In this document: positions 10,354 to 20,292 of the stretch, in pieces
Position numbering within the stretch: position 1 is the stretch's first letter
How the letters are laid out: each line of letters opens with the position of its first letter
Assembly (NCBI GenBank): GCA_944393695.1
Contig: CALYAY010000001.1
Coordinates: 185,436 to 249,435 of the forward strand
Direction: 5' to 3'
DNA length: 64,000 nucleotides
Source of the DNA: an uncultured Alphaproteobacteria bacterium
GTDB lineage: Bacteria; Pseudomonadota; Alphaproteobacteria; RF32; CAG-239
Notes under the pieces: model-generated
Told to the model about the DNA's origin: nothing
Seen by the model: only the letters and a program-made list of their open reading frames with translations
Database searches by the model: none
Program-made: the position numbers and the translations under genes

Positions 10354-11796
10354 TCAGGCTTCCAATGCCCGTCTCAGGGCGTCGACATTTTCCGCAACGG
10401 AAGAATCCTCCAAAATCAATTCTTCCACCTTGCGGACGGCATGCATAACCGTTGTATGATCACGATCAAACTTGCGTCCGATTTCCGGCAGAGAACGGGA
10501 TGTCAGCTGCTTGGCCAGATACATCGCAACCTGCCTCGGACGGGCAACCGTACGGGCCCGGCGGGAAGACTGCATTTCTTTAACCGAGATATTAAAATAC
10601 TCGGCAACTTTTTTCTGAATCTCGTCAATTGTGGTTCTCTTGTCATAAGAACGCAGCATATCTTTCAAAACATCCTGGGTCATGTCAAGAGTGATTTCTT
10701 TGCCGGAAAGCAGCTGTGAATGAGCAATAACCCGCCGTAAAGCACCTTCCAGCTCACGAATGTTTGAAGTAATTTTCTGAGCCAGAAATTCAGCCACCGA
10801 TTCCGGCAGGGTCACACCCAGCTGTTGGGCTTTTTTATTCAGAATACCGATTCTCAGGTCAAAATCCGTCGGATGAATATCTGCCACCAGACCACACCCC
10901 AGACGGGATTTCAGCCTTGTTTCGATTCCCTCCAGATCCGAAGGGGACTTGTCAGCAGAAATAATAATCTGTCTTCCTTCTTCAATCAGCGAATTAAAGG
11001 TGTAGAAAAATTCTTCCTGAGTCGTATCTTTTCCACCCATAAATTGCACGTCATCAACCATCAGCACATCAACTGAACGGAACTGTTCCTTAAACGCCGT
11101 CGTATCTTTATAACGCAGGGCCCGCACGAATTTATACATAAATTTTTCGGCCGAAAGATAAACAATATTACGGGACGGATCCTGTTGCTTGATATGCCAC
11201 GCAATAGCGTGCATCAGGTGTGTTTTCCCCAGACCGACACCGGAATACAAAAACAGCGGATTAAATGAAATATTTCTGGATTCGGCCACCTTGCGTGCCG
11301 CGGCATAAGCAAACTCATTTGTCTTGCCGACAACAAAATTATCAAAAGTATACTGCGGATTCAAAGGCACCGAAAGAGAAGAATCTCCGTTAACGAACTC
11401 GCCGCTGTTGATTGCCGCCGCTCCGGACTGATAAATATTTTGCGGTGCCGGACTTGACGATATTTTTTTCAGCAAAGAACGGCAGGAGGAATTATAGAGA
11501 TTACCGCCGGAATGAGCATCTTCCTGTATTGCCTGCACAATAAAATTCACTTCTTTGACTTGCGGGTTTTTTCTTTCCCACATTCTGTGAATTTGTTCCG
11601 AGTAATGAGCGATAACCCAGTTTCTCATAAATCTCGTCGGGACACAAATATTAACGATTCCGTCATTGCAGGAACCCAGTGTTAAAGGCTTCAACCAACT
11701 GTCAAAAGCAACATCTCCGAATTCAACCTTAAGCTGGTCGCAGATTTGTCCCCATTGATCCTGAACTGAACTCTCTCTATATACTTCCTCAGCCAT
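10354..11796 (-). CDS. dnaA: Chromosomal replication initiator DnaA
   Basis: 480 aa. Walker A GVGLGKTHLMHAI, box VII/sensor region, and the C-terminal DNA-binding helix-turn-helix DHTTVMHAVRKVE. Confidence 0.97.
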   Translation of the reverse strand: MAEEVYRESSVQDQWGQICDQLKVEFGDVAFDSWLKPLTLGSCNDGIVNICVPTRFMRNWVIAHYSEQIHRMWERKNPQVKEVNFIVQAIQEDAHSGGNLYNSSCRSLLKKISSSPAPQNIYQSGAAAINSGEFVNGDSSLSVPLNPQYTFDNFVVGKTNEFAYAAARKVAESRNISFNPLFLYSGVGLGKTHLMHAIAWHIKQQDPSRNIVYLSAEKFMYKFVRALRYKDTTAFKEQFRSVDVLMVDDVQFMGGKDTTQEEFFYTFNSLIEEGRQIIISADKSPSDLEGIETRLKSRLGCGLVADIHPTDFDLRIGILNKKAQQLGVTLPESVAEFLAQKITSNIRELEGALRRVIAHSQLLSGKEITLDMTQDVLKDMLRSYDKRTTIDEIQKKVAEYFNISVKEMQSSRRARTVARPRQVAMYLAKQLTSRSLPEIGRKFDRDHTTVMHAVRKVEELILEDSSVAENVDALRRALEA

Positions 11797-12744
11797 ATTA
11801 ACTCCCCATTTTTAATAAAATTATAAAAATAAATTTTTACCAATCATCCTGGTAATGATATATTGTTTCGCACCTGATATGCCGATCGGCACTGCAAATC
11901 CGAAACATAAACTTTCATTTCTTATGCAGAAAATATTGCTTGTTTTGCTTTTATGCTCAAACGGCAAATTTCTGTCCCTGATGCAAGTTTAAACCACTGA
12001 TATTGTTTTCAGAACTCTTACACATCCCTGAAACAACCTTACAGAAAATATCCTTCGTTTTCATCCGGTCATATTACCGGCCCTGGAAATACTTTCTGCC
12101 TGCTCAAATCAAATAAGCTTTCATTGCTTTTCAGATTCCGCTTTATCCTGAAACAATCTTACAGAAAACAATCTTCGTTTATTAAGTATATTTCCTGCTT
12201 GGCTTAACTCAAATCTGCTGAAATCAGAAAAACATTCCCGCTTTTATGTTTCGAACGTAACACTACATGCGTAAGCAGATAGATGTAAACATTCCAGCCC
12301 AGATGTTAGGTTTGCGTAGCCTTTGGGCTGGGCGAACGAAACTCGGAACGGTTAATACCACTTGCATAAGCCAGTGGAAGTTTATTTTGCATGCCTAAAT
12401 GATATTACCTAAACATCATTTGTTTTTTCAGAAAGCTTTTCAAACATTCATCTGAAAAATTTCACCGGTCACATTTTCATCGCACATATTTCACAACAGA
12501 TTTCTTGCTTTTCTCCGGTTTTGCTTCTGCACTTTTACTGAACATCCCCTAATGTTCAAAAAAATTCTTTTCTGTCATCGGAGTTTTCAAAATAATATTC
12601 ATAATTCATTATTCGTTCAAAAACATTGAGGATAGTAAACACAAAAAAAGATAATTACAACAGAACATTAATCGAACATATAAATTAATTCTCTTGACAT
12701 AGATTTTTTACAGAGTCGCTTAGATTCTGCCGGTTTGCGGCATT
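11797..12744 (-). promoter_or_regulatory. About 1-kb non-coding leader/promoter region upstream of dnaA, with imperfect direct repeats and local hairpins
   Basis: No ORF of 60 aa or longer on either strand. There is an imperfect ~35-40-bp direct repeat (about 12023-12064 versus 12143-12183, core CCTGAAACAA(C/T)CTTACAGAAAA). A hairpin CCAGCCCA...TGGGCTGG lies near 12294-12331, and several GANTC sites are present. Confidence 0.4.
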
Positions 12745-12796
12745 TAAAACACAAAGACCAAGAGTCCCTGCACAGAAAATAAGGGATTCTTGGTCT
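12745..12796 (-). terminator. Intrinsic terminator of rpsT
   Basis: 15-bp stem (12755-12769 pairs with 12782-12796, one G-U pair). On the minus strand it is followed by TTGTGTTTT, about 20 nt after the rpsT stop. Confidence 0.75.
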
Positions 12797-12815
12797 CTTG
12801 AAAATAAAGCAAAAA

Positions 12816-13082
12816 TTAAGCAGCGATGGCTTTCAATTTTTTAGACAACCGGGAAACAATACGCGAAGCTTTACGCTTATCAACGGCTCCCTTCTGAGCG
12901 GCTCTTGCCAACTCGGATTCTGCTGTTCTGAAAGCTTCCTCGGCAACATCCTTATTATTGCTGCTGATGGCTTCCAGAGCCTTTTTCACAAAGGTGCGAA
13001 CGCGACTGCGGCGGGCACTGTTAATGACATTTCTTTTATTGTTTCTGTTAATTCTGGTTTTTGCCGATTTATGATTGGCCAT
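12816..13082 (-). CDS. rpsT: 30S ribosomal protein S20
   Basis: 88 aa, starting MANHKSAKTRINRNNKRN, a basic helical protein typical of S20. Confidence 0.95.
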   Translation of the reverse strand: MANHKSAKTRINRNNKRNVINSARRSRVRTFVKKALEAISSNNKDVAEEAFRTAESELARAAQKGAVDKRKASRIVSRLSKKLKAIAA

Positions 13083-13196
13083 ATTTTTAATTCCTATGTT
13101 TGAAAATGTTAAACAAATTTTAATTCTGAGTCGTTTTATAAACTAGTCCCCCGCAAAGTCAACATAATTTTTAAAAAAACGGCCGTGATTTTTCAT

Positions 13197-13955
13197 TTAA
13201 GCCTTATATTTGCTTAATTTATTGAGATAATTCTTAAAATCATCACTGGCGGCGATAATTTTATTGCGCATCATCACATCGTCTATACCGGATTCGTAAA
13301 CGGGATTTTCCGCTGCCTTGACGGTTTCCTTAATGGCTGTAACCGCCAATTCCGGATTCTCCGCTATTTTGTTAGCTGTTTTTTCAGCCTCATCCGCCAG
13401 CATGGCCAGGGGCACCAGTCGGCTGATTAATCCGCAGTGTTCGGCCTCTTCTGCGGCCATGGCCCGCCCGCACAAAAACATTTCCATGGCTTTGGCCTTT
13501 CCTATTTTTTGAATAGTCTGCGGCAGCAGTCCGATTCCCGGTATAATTCCCAGTCCGGCTTCCGGGATTCCCAGCCAGACATTATCGGCTGCCAGCACAA
13601 TATCGCAGGCCGTCAGTATTTCAATGCCGATTCCCAAAACATATCCGGCTGCCGCGGCAATCATCGGCTTGCGTATATCTCTCAATCGCAGCAGTAATCC
13701 CCGGTATTCATCCAGCATTTGCGGAAGTTCCTGAATCTTTTGGCCAATTTCTTTTAAATCAAAACCGGCCAAAAACGCCTGATCGTTTCCGCGGAGAATA
13801 ACGGCCCGGACATCTTCCCTGGCATCAAAATTTTCTGCCGCCGTCACAATTTCCTGCAGCATGGCTGTTGTCAATGCGTTCATTTCCGCCGCCCGGTTAA
13901 AAATAATAACTCCGGCGCTTCCGGCAGATTCGGTTTTTATAAACTGATATTCCAT
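13197..13955 (-). CDS. Enoyl-CoA hydratase/isomerase (crotonase) family protein
   Basis: 252 aa with crotonase-fold blocks: NRAAEMNAL, AFLAGFDLKE, and PMIAAAAGYVLGIGIEILTACDI (oxyanion-hole region). Confidence 0.85.
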   Translation of the reverse strand: MEYQFIKTESAGSAGVIIFNRAAEMNALTTAMLQEIVTAAENFDAREDVRAVILRGNDQAFLAGFDLKEIGQKIQELPQMLDEYRGLLLRLRDIRKPMIAAAAGYVLGIGIEILTACDIVLAADNVWLGIPEAGLGIIPGIGLLPQTIQKIGKAKAMEMFLCGRAMAAEEAEHCGLISRLVPLAMLADEAEKTANKIAENPELAVTAIKETVKAAENPVYESGIDDVMMRNKIIAASDDFKNYLNKLSKYKA

Positions 13956-13958
13956 ATC

Positions 13959-14336
13959 TTAATTTTTACTCTTGATGGTTATACGGACAACAAGCGGATT
14001 CGTCTTTTCCCGGGCAATGTCCAATGTTTCGCCGTCCCGGTAAAAACTGAGAATATTATTCTTTTTTCCCTGAAAAGCCCATCCCAGCTGAGGCAGGCTG
14101 TCCAGATAAAATTTTTCCACTTTTTCAAAAGTTATTTTATTACTGGTCAGATAAGCTTCCACCAGTCTGGCTTCTTCATTACCGAACGAAATATTGTCAT
14201 TTTCCAGCTGATCCATTTCCTGCGGAAACGGTATATCTTCAAAACCGTCGACAAAAGGAGCGGTTCTCCCGGCAGATGCTGTCAGAAACACATAAAAAGC
14301 AGTCATAAAAAATATAATTTTTTTCATTTGTCTCAC
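13959..14336 (-). CDS. Small secreted hypothetical protein
   Basis: 125 aa with an N-terminal signal peptide (FFMTAFYVFLTASA). No recognised motif. It is translationally coupled to mutM by a 4-nt overlap. Confidence 0.5.
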   Translation of the reverse strand: MRQMKKIIFFMTAFYVFLTASAGRTAPFVDGFEDIPFPQEMDQLENDNISFGNEEARLVEAYLTSNKITFEKVEKFYLDSLPQLGWAFQGKKNNILSFYRDGETLDIAREKTNPLVVRITIKSKN

Positions 14337-15172
14337 CTTTGTTTGACGGGGCAGAAAAAACTTGACCTTCCGGCCTGAATCACTTTCTGTATTCCCCCGG
14401 TTTCTTGAAGATTACACCGGCATCCCGGACATCTTTGCCCGGTTTTGTTGTACACGCAGTGCCGGAATTGAAAATATCCTTCGCTGCCGTCGGGTCTGCG
14501 GTAGTCCTTCAGGGTTGATCCGCCGGCATCTATGGCCTTTTGCAACGTTCGCCGTATGGATTCGACAAGCTTTCCGCACTCTTTTGGAGTAACCTTGTCT
14601 GCCGGCCTTAACGGTGATATCCCCGCATCAAACAAGGCTTCCGAGGCATAAATATTACCGATTCCCGCCACAACTTTCTGATCCAGCAGCAAAACTTTAA
14701 CCGGCGTCTTGCGACTTTTCGCTTTGGCTTTCAGATATCCGGCGTTAAAATCCTCCGAAAAAGGATCCGGCCCGATTCCCTGCAACAGATGACATTTCCC
14801 GAGTTCTTCCGTTTTGCAATAAGTCAGCAGTCCGAAACGCCGGGCGTCATTATAAATCAAAACGCCGTTATCCGTTTTTATCAGCACATGGTCATGCTTT
14901 TCAGGTTCTGCCGGCATCGAGTCCGAAATTTTAATCTTCCCGCTCATTCCCAGGTGCCAGATAATACTGTAGCCGTTGCTCAGATCAATAACCATATACT
15001 TGGCAATTCGCCGATAAGCCGTAATCTTCGTTTGAATGAGCTTTTCCCTGAAGTCATCGGGAATAAGTTCGCGAAAACGATTTTGGTTGATAATAACATC
15101 AACTATATTACAATAACCGACAGCCTTGCAGACGGCGTTCTTTATCGTTTCGACTTCTGGCAGTTCAGGCAT
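14333..15172 (-). CDS. mutM: Formamidopyrimidine-DNA glycosylase (Fpg/MutM)
   Basis: The obligatory N-terminus MPELPEVE (catalytic Pro2) begins at 15172; the track ORF starts 60 nt upstream. It also has H2TH and a C-terminal zinc finger (CPGCRC...FFCPVKQ). Confidence 0.93.
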   Translation of the reverse strand: MPELPEVETIKNAVCKAVGYCNIVDVIINQNRFRELIPDDFREKLIQTKITAYRRIAKYMVIDLSNGYSIIWHLGMSGKIKISDSMPAEPEKHDHVLIKTDNGVLIYNDARRFGLLTYCKTEELGKCHLLQGIGPDPFSEDFNAGYLKAKAKSRKTPVKVLLLDQKVVAGIGNIYASEALFDAGISPLRPADKVTPKECGKLVESIRRTLQKAIDAGGSTLKDYRRPDGSEGYFQFRHCVYNKTGQRCPGCRCNLQETGGIQKVIQAGRSSFFCPVKQR

Positions 15173-15203
15173 AACGCAACCTCCGACTTTGAAAGCATTA
15201 TAA

Positions 15204-16271
15204 ATGATAAATCGTTTTTTACAATCCCTCAAAATTACCCGGTTAGCAATTGCCCTGGCACGTTTTGATGCTTTATCTGCACTTGATTTTCCGGGTATAA
15301 AAAGAGCCTGTTTTCCGGCCCGTTTTTTTGCCGGCGGAGCTGAGTGCCGAAAGGGGGGGATAAATTCGTTTCTTGAAAAATACGATTCTCCTTTTTTGCG
15401 GAGTTTTTTTTCATCCCTGCTCTGGCGGCAGCCGGATATTCTTTCTGCCGTGGCCTGCCCTCATCCGGAGAGCCCTGTTTCTGAAAACAAAAACTTTTAC
15501 ATAAGCCTGTTTCGGCAGCTGGTAAAATATTCTCCGGAACTGCGCCCGGCCTACAAAACCTTCATGCAGCAACTTGACTTTCTTTCAGACCGGCGCCTCT
15601 ATGCCGGCGAGCTGGAATATCTGGCAGATAAGGAAAGCGGCTTTGATAAAAAATTGTCGTGGGAGATAGACTGGATAAATCAGTCCAAAGAAAAATTATG
15701 CCTGACTTTTCCCGACAAAACTGTTTTTAGCGATTCCCTCGGCAAAAAATCCCAACAGACCCTGGCCGGGTTATGGGGCTATCTGTTTTTTGAAAAATCA
15801 GTGCTGATACCGGGTTGGGCATCAATTGCCTCCGACAAAAAAAACAATGTCAATTTTTATTATCCCGATGCCGTATTTCCGGCAGACAGCCGGTTGCAGA
15901 ATTACGCCGTTGCCTCGTTAACCGAAAATCGTTTGCCCAAATCTTATGCCGAATTTCTGTTTCAAAAGGGATTATTTCGTTTGCGCCGCTTTTGTCCCGA
16001 TGTTGATTTTAACAAATCATGGCGGGAATATCTGCAGGTCTCTTACCGGGAACAGACACCGCAGGAACCCTCGGAGGCTTATTTGAAATCATTAAGCAAC
16101 ACAGACTTTGCCGCCGGCTTTACCCCTCCTGTCCCGCTCACCCCGCTGAGCCGTTTTGCCGAACTTTCCAAACCGAAAAAACTAACCAAAGACATACGCT
16201 TTGCCAATAGCTCACCGCTGGTTGCCGTGGGTTTGGCACTGTTAATTTTTCTGCTGCTGAAATATTTTTGA
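15204..16271 (+). CDS. Hypothetical protein with a C-terminal membrane anchor; start codon uncertain
   Basis: 355-aa ORF ending in a hydrophobic helix (LVAVGLALLIFLLLKYF). No recognised domain. It lies only ~30 nt from the divergent mutM start, so the true start may be internal. Confidence 0.4.
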   Translation: MINRFLQSLKITRLAIALARFDALSALDFPGIKRACFPARFFAGGAECRKGGINSFLEKYDSPFLRSFFSSLLWRQPDILSAVACPHPESPVSENKNFYISLFRQLVKYSPELRPAYKTFMQQLDFLSDRRLYAGELEYLADKESGFDKKLSWEIDWINQSKEKLCLTFPDKTVFSDSLGKKSQQTLAGLWGYLFFEKSVLIPGWASIASDKKNNVNFYYPDAVFPADSRLQNYAVASLTENRLPKSYAEFLFQKGLFRLRRFCPDVDFNKSWREYLQVSYREQTPQEPSEAYLKSLSNTDFAAGFTPPVPLTPLSRFAELSKPKKLTKDIRFANSSPLVAVGLALLIFLLLKYF

Positions 16272-16339
16272 TTTGTTTTTCGCTGTTGTTTGCGTTAAAA
16301 TCAAAAATTAGGAGATTTTAAACATAGAGACAACACCGG

Positions 16340-16906
16340 ATGAGAAAACCGCGCCAGAAAAAATATTATGCCCCGCAAAAGGAAGAACACATGGTTCACC
16401 AGTGTGATTTTCCGGGCTGTACGGCAAAAGGCGAATACCGGGCTCCTAAAGACCGCAAGTTGAAAGATTATTATTGGTTCTGTCTAAAACATGTCCAGGA
16501 ATATAATTCCAAATGGAATTATTACGACGGCATATCAACCGATGCGCCGGAAGAAGATGACAAACCGCATATGCATTTTCGCGGCTTTCGTTCTCGGGTA
16601 AAATACAGTCACGGTTATAATTTTTTTGATGATTACGAATTTTTTGAAGAAAATTATCATACCGACTATTCCCCGATGGATAAGGTTTATTACACGCAGG
16701 AAGAACGCCGCTGCCTGGAAATCATGGAGCTCAAGCCGCACGAACTGACCATCGATTCCCTTAAAAAGCAATATAAAAAACTGGTAAAAAAATATCACCC
16801 GGATCTTCATCAGCACGACAAACAGACAGCTGAGGAAAAATTCAAACAGCTGACCAATGCCTACCAGCGTCTGCTTGACCGCCTTAACCGGATGGTTTCC
16901 GACTAG
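16340..16906 (+). CDS. J-domain (DnaJ-like) protein with an N-terminal Cys-rich module
   Basis: The C-terminal J domain has the HPD motif (LKKQYKKLVKKYHPDLHQHD...KFKQLTNAYQRL). The N-terminal C..PGC...YRAPK...WFCLKHVQEYN block is typical of a conserved alphaproteobacterial J-protein family. Confidence 0.75.
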   Translation: MRKPRQKKYYAPQKEEHMVHQCDFPGCTAKGEYRAPKDRKLKDYYWFCLKHVQEYNSKWNYYDGISTDAPEEDDKPHMHFRGFRSRVKYSHGYNFFDDYEFFEENYHTDYSPMDKVYYTQEERRCLEIMELKPHELTIDSLKKQYKKLVKKYHPDLHQHDKQTAEEKFKQLTNAYQRLLDRLNRMVSD

Positions 16907-17709
16907 CGGTCCAGTCCTCTGAGCATGGCGTCTTTTCGGATAATTTTATTGAATTCTTTTTGCGCAGAGTTTGATTTCGCTTTTTGAGGTTTATTCCTTT
17001 TTGTTTTTTTCCGTCCGGTTTTTTCCAGCAGCATTAAAGCGATTCTCTCATCTTTTGTTTTTTTCTGCCCTGCATTGATAATCTCGGATACTTTCATTTC
17101 TTTCAGAGCCGCTTTGCCGCCGATAGCCTCAATCCTTTTAACCCCTCTGAAAAAGGAAGGAATTTCTTTTTCTTTCAGATAATGCCTTTCTTTCGGGCGC
17201 AGCTTTTTTACGATACCTTTTTCAACATTCTGCCGCAGGATTTCCTCATCGGGAGCAAAGCTCATCATTGCCCGGTTGGCAATTTTTGAATCAATTTTGC
17301 CAATTCCCGTTGATTGGGATATTTTCTCTGCCGTTTCCACGGCCTGCAATCTTCCGGCATTTTTTTGCAGATGCATTTTTTCCAGTGTTTCCTGCTGTTG
17401 CCGTTCCGGACGTTTGGGCCTGTCTTCGGGATTCTGCATAAAATCTTCCTGAAAAAGATTTTGCGGAATAAGCTGATATTCCTCGTCCTCTTCTTCATCT
17501 TCGGCATAACTGTTGCGGATTTGTTTGCGGATTTTATTCCGTGGCAGAGGTTTTTTCTCCGGAGCGATTCCCTCTTGCCGGTGAACAACGCCTTTTTTAC
17601 GAAAATGATAAACCTCGGCTTCCTCTTCATTAATACGGCGGGTTAACCTTTCCTTTGTTTCAAAGCCGCTGTTTTTGTTTTTCCATTCGATATTCGGATC
17701 TTCTGTCAT
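16903..17709 (-). CDS. Highly charged (K/E/R-rich) hypothetical protein
   Basis: The ORF runs 16903-17748. The start is placed at MTEDPNIEW (17709), which removes the overlap with the upstream PAS gene. No recognised domain. Confidence 0.4.
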   Translation of the reverse strand: MTEDPNIEWKNKNSGFETKERLTRRINEEEAEVYHFRKKGVVHRQEGIAPEKKPLPRNKIRKQIRNSYAEDEEEDEEYQLIPQNLFQEDFMQNPEDRPKRPERQQQETLEKMHLQKNAGRLQAVETAEKISQSTGIGKIDSKIANRAMMSFAPDEEILRQNVEKGIVKKLRPKERHYLKEKEIPSFFRGVKRIEAIGGKAALKEMKVSEIINAGQKKTKDERIALMLLEKTGRKKTKRNKPQKAKSNSAQKEFNKIIRKDAMLRGLDR

Positions 17710-17713
17710 GTTT

Positions 17714-19408
17714 TTATTCTCCGGCCGTGCGGGAAATCCGGTTAACAATCATCAGCGAACCGTCGGTCAGCATTTTTACGGTAACGTCAATTTCGCTGTT
17801 GTCATTGCGGTGCAGCGTAAACGATTGGGTTTCTGAGTTAACCAGATGTTTGATAATGTCTGATTTCAATTCGTTCCAGTTGTTTGTTGTTGTAAAAAAT
17901 CCTTTTGCCGCCTCAATAACTTCATTTAATGTCGGCTCGTTTTGCAAAAATATTTCATTATAGTTCCATAAGCGGCAATAAGCCGAATTATAAATCAGCA
18001 GCCGTCCGTTGGGAGCAAAAATAACCACGGCCTCACTCATATTATCCAGAATTTCTTTCTGCACGGAAATCAGGTCATTATATGCCCGGCGGGTGGCCAG
18101 CCGGTCGGTAACATCCTCAAAAGCAAACACCAGACCACCCATCGGATGCTGGGCTCTGACCCGCCGCAGGGTTCTGCCGTCCGGCAAATGAAGCAAATCT
18201 TCTTTGGCTTCGATTATTTTATTAAAATCATTTTGTTCTTCATTTTTATACATCACAAAATCCGGAACTTCAGGCAAAAGCCTTTTTTCCCGGATTAAAT
18301 CCAGAAACATAACATAAGAAGGCTGACTTTCCAGCCATGAATTTTCCAACTCCCACATTTTGGCAAAAGCCCGGTTATAAAAAGCGAGCTTTTTCTTGCC
18401 GTCAAAAACGGCAAAAGCTGTACCCAGCGATCCCAAAATTTCCAAGTGGGCGTTCTGGTGTTGTTTCAGATTCCTTTTCAGGGCGTCAAGTTCGGTAATA
18501 TCGCTCATTGAGCCCACACTGTATATTTTATCAAGGCTCTGTTCGGCATGAAAAGGTATTTCCGTCACCTCAAAGGAGCGGCGTTCCCCGTTATGCACCA
18601 GGTTGACTTTCTGTTTTTTGATTTTAATGGTGGCATGAGCCGATTCGGCAATTTTCCGGGAAATACTTTCATTATTGGCTCCGATGATTTCGAGTCCTTT
18701 TTGCAAAACTTCATCCCGGCTGCCGGCATTGACATAATCCAGATAGCGCCGGTTGACAAAGCGCAAATGCAGGTTTTCGTCTCTCAGCCAGGCAGGATAA
18801 GCCAGATTGTCAATAAGATCATTCAGCTGTATGGTTTTTTCTGCCGCTTTCCGGCTTTCTGCTTCCAGTTCGTCAATCTGAGTGCTCTCAAAACTGATAT
18901 CCCTGAACCATATGGTATCACAATAAACATTGCCGTCGGCATCACTGATTCGGTTTCCGGTCAGTTTCAAAACCTTTCCTCCGCTTTTAAGCGTAAACAC
19001 ATCTTCGAAAGACACGCCTTCGTCATGCAGCATGTCCACATATTTTTGCAGCTTTTTGGTATCTTCTTTATAAAAACACTTCAACACGTCTTCAAAATTT
19101 GAATTTGTTCCTGCCGGCAGATTCAGCATAACGGCCAGCCGCCGCGAACAATATTCCCTGGTTTTGGTGCGCGGGTCATTTATCTTTTTATCCGGATAAA
19201 TAAACGACAGATACCCGTCTTTTGAGGTATATAAAGTTTCCGCATACCTTTCTCTGTCACGGTTTAAAAAGTAATTTTTCTGACGCAGTTTCAGTATATT
19301 GATTGATGTCCAAAACAACAACCCGAGCAATACGGCAAAAATCATCCAGATAATATACCATAATTCCGGCGCGGCATAAAACATGTTGATAAGCAGGTTT
19401 TGCGACAT
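17714..19408 (-). CDS. Membrane-anchored multi-PAS sensor protein lacking any visible transmitter/output domain
   Basis: 564 aa with an N-terminal TM helix and repeated PAS-like blocks (for example MSEAVVIFAPNGRLLIYNSAYCRLW and AFAVFDGKKKLAFYNRAFAKMW). No HisKA H-box, HATPase, GGDEF or EAL motif precedes the stop. Confidence 0.65.
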   Translation of the reverse strand: MSQNLLINMFYAAPELWYIIWMIFAVLLGLLFWTSINILKLRQKNYFLNRDRERYAETLYTSKDGYLSFIYPDKKINDPRTKTREYCSRRLAVMLNLPAGTNSNFEDVLKCFYKEDTKKLQKYVDMLHDEGVSFEDVFTLKSGGKVLKLTGNRISDADGNVYCDTIWFRDISFESTQIDELEAESRKAAEKTIQLNDLIDNLAYPAWLRDENLHLRFVNRRYLDYVNAGSRDEVLQKGLEIIGANNESISRKIAESAHATIKIKKQKVNLVHNGERRSFEVTEIPFHAEQSLDKIYSVGSMSDITELDALKRNLKQHQNAHLEILGSLGTAFAVFDGKKKLAFYNRAFAKMWELENSWLESQPSYVMFLDLIREKRLLPEVPDFVMYKNEEQNDFNKIIEAKEDLLHLPDGRTLRRVRAQHPMGGLVFAFEDVTDRLATRRAYNDLISVQKEILDNMSEAVVIFAPNGRLLIYNSAYCRLWNYNEIFLQNEPTLNEVIEAAKGFFTTTNNWNELKSDIIKHLVNSETQSFTLHRNDNSEIDVTVKMLTDGSLMIVNRISRTAGE

Positions 19409-19508
19409 TTTTTTCTGGCAGCCCTTTATTTTTAATTGTTTATTTTTCGATTCTATAATATAAACGCCAATAGTAAAACTTAAAAATTTCAGGTAGTGAA
19501 TAAAAATA

Positions 19509-20186
19509 ATGTATACGTTAGCCTTTGATACAACGGCCGCTTATTGTTCCGTTGCACTTTTGCAGGACAACAAAATCGCCCGCACTTTTGAAAAAAACAT
19601 GGATTTCGGCCAGTCGGAAGCTCTCATGCCGGCAATCAGGGATGTTTTGAGCCGCGAACGTATTTCTTTTCAGGATATTAATCTGATAACGGTTTGCACG
19701 GGACCGGGGTCTTTTACCGGCGTCCGTTCCTCCGTATCGGCGGCCCGCACATTTGCCCTGGCCCGGCCGGCGCTGAGTGTGACGGGTGTTTCGGCCTTTG
19801 AGGCCTATGCCTTCAGCCTGCTTCCCGAAGAACTGGCTGATATTAATGCCGTAATTATCGAAACCAAACGGGCTGATTTTTATTATCAGCTGTTTGACCG
19901 CAATCTCCGCCGCCTGACTGAACCGGCGGCAGACATAACGGAAAATATCATTCCTCAGCTGCGTGATGTTAAAGTCAGTTTTATCGGTGACGGTGTTGAG
20001 CGTTTTCTGTCCCGGCCGACCGGCTTGAGCCTCCATGCCATCCGCATGGATTCGCACGTTTCTGTTGAACATTTGGCCTGGTGCGGTCTCAAAATGTTCT
20101 TGGATAAAAAGCTTGACTTCCCCAAACCCTTATACCTCCGGGCTCCGGATGTCAGTTTGCCGGCGCCGCACGGTTCTGCCGTCTGA
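19509..20186 (+). CDS. tsaB: tRNA t6A37 biosynthesis protein TsaB (YeaZ)
   Basis: 225 aa: MYTLAFDTTAAYCSVALL...VCTGPGSFTGVRSSVSAARTFALA. Confidence 0.88.
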   Translation: MYTLAFDTTAAYCSVALLQDNKIARTFEKNMDFGQSEALMPAIRDVLSRERISFQDINLITVCTGPGSFTGVRSSVSAARTFALARPALSVTGVSAFEAYAFSLLPEELADINAVIIETKRADFYYQLFDRNLRRLTEPAADITENIIPQLRDVKVSFIGDGVERFLSRPTGLSLHAIRMDSHVSVEHLAWCGLKMFLDKKLDFPKPLYLRAPDVSLPAPHGSAV

Positions 20187-20292
20187 AAAAAATTTATCTC
20201 TTCCTGCATAAATGATTTAATGATTGCAATAAGCCGTTAAAACGGGTATAAGTACCTGTATAATATTTAATCAAAAAACAGACAGTTGTTCC

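Noticed and set aside
11797-12815. Calling this region the chromosomal origin (oriC)
   Set aside because: It is adjacent to dnaA-dnaN and is AT-rich in places, but I could not find convincing DnaA boxes by eye. Alphaproteobacterial origins are often not next to dnaA. It is kept only as a low-interest observation.
15173-15232. 60-nt N-terminal extension of the mutM ORF given in the ORF track
   Set aside because: Fpg requires Pro2 as the catalytic N-terminal residue after Met removal. The conserved MPELPEVE begins at 15172, so the upstream extension is not translated.
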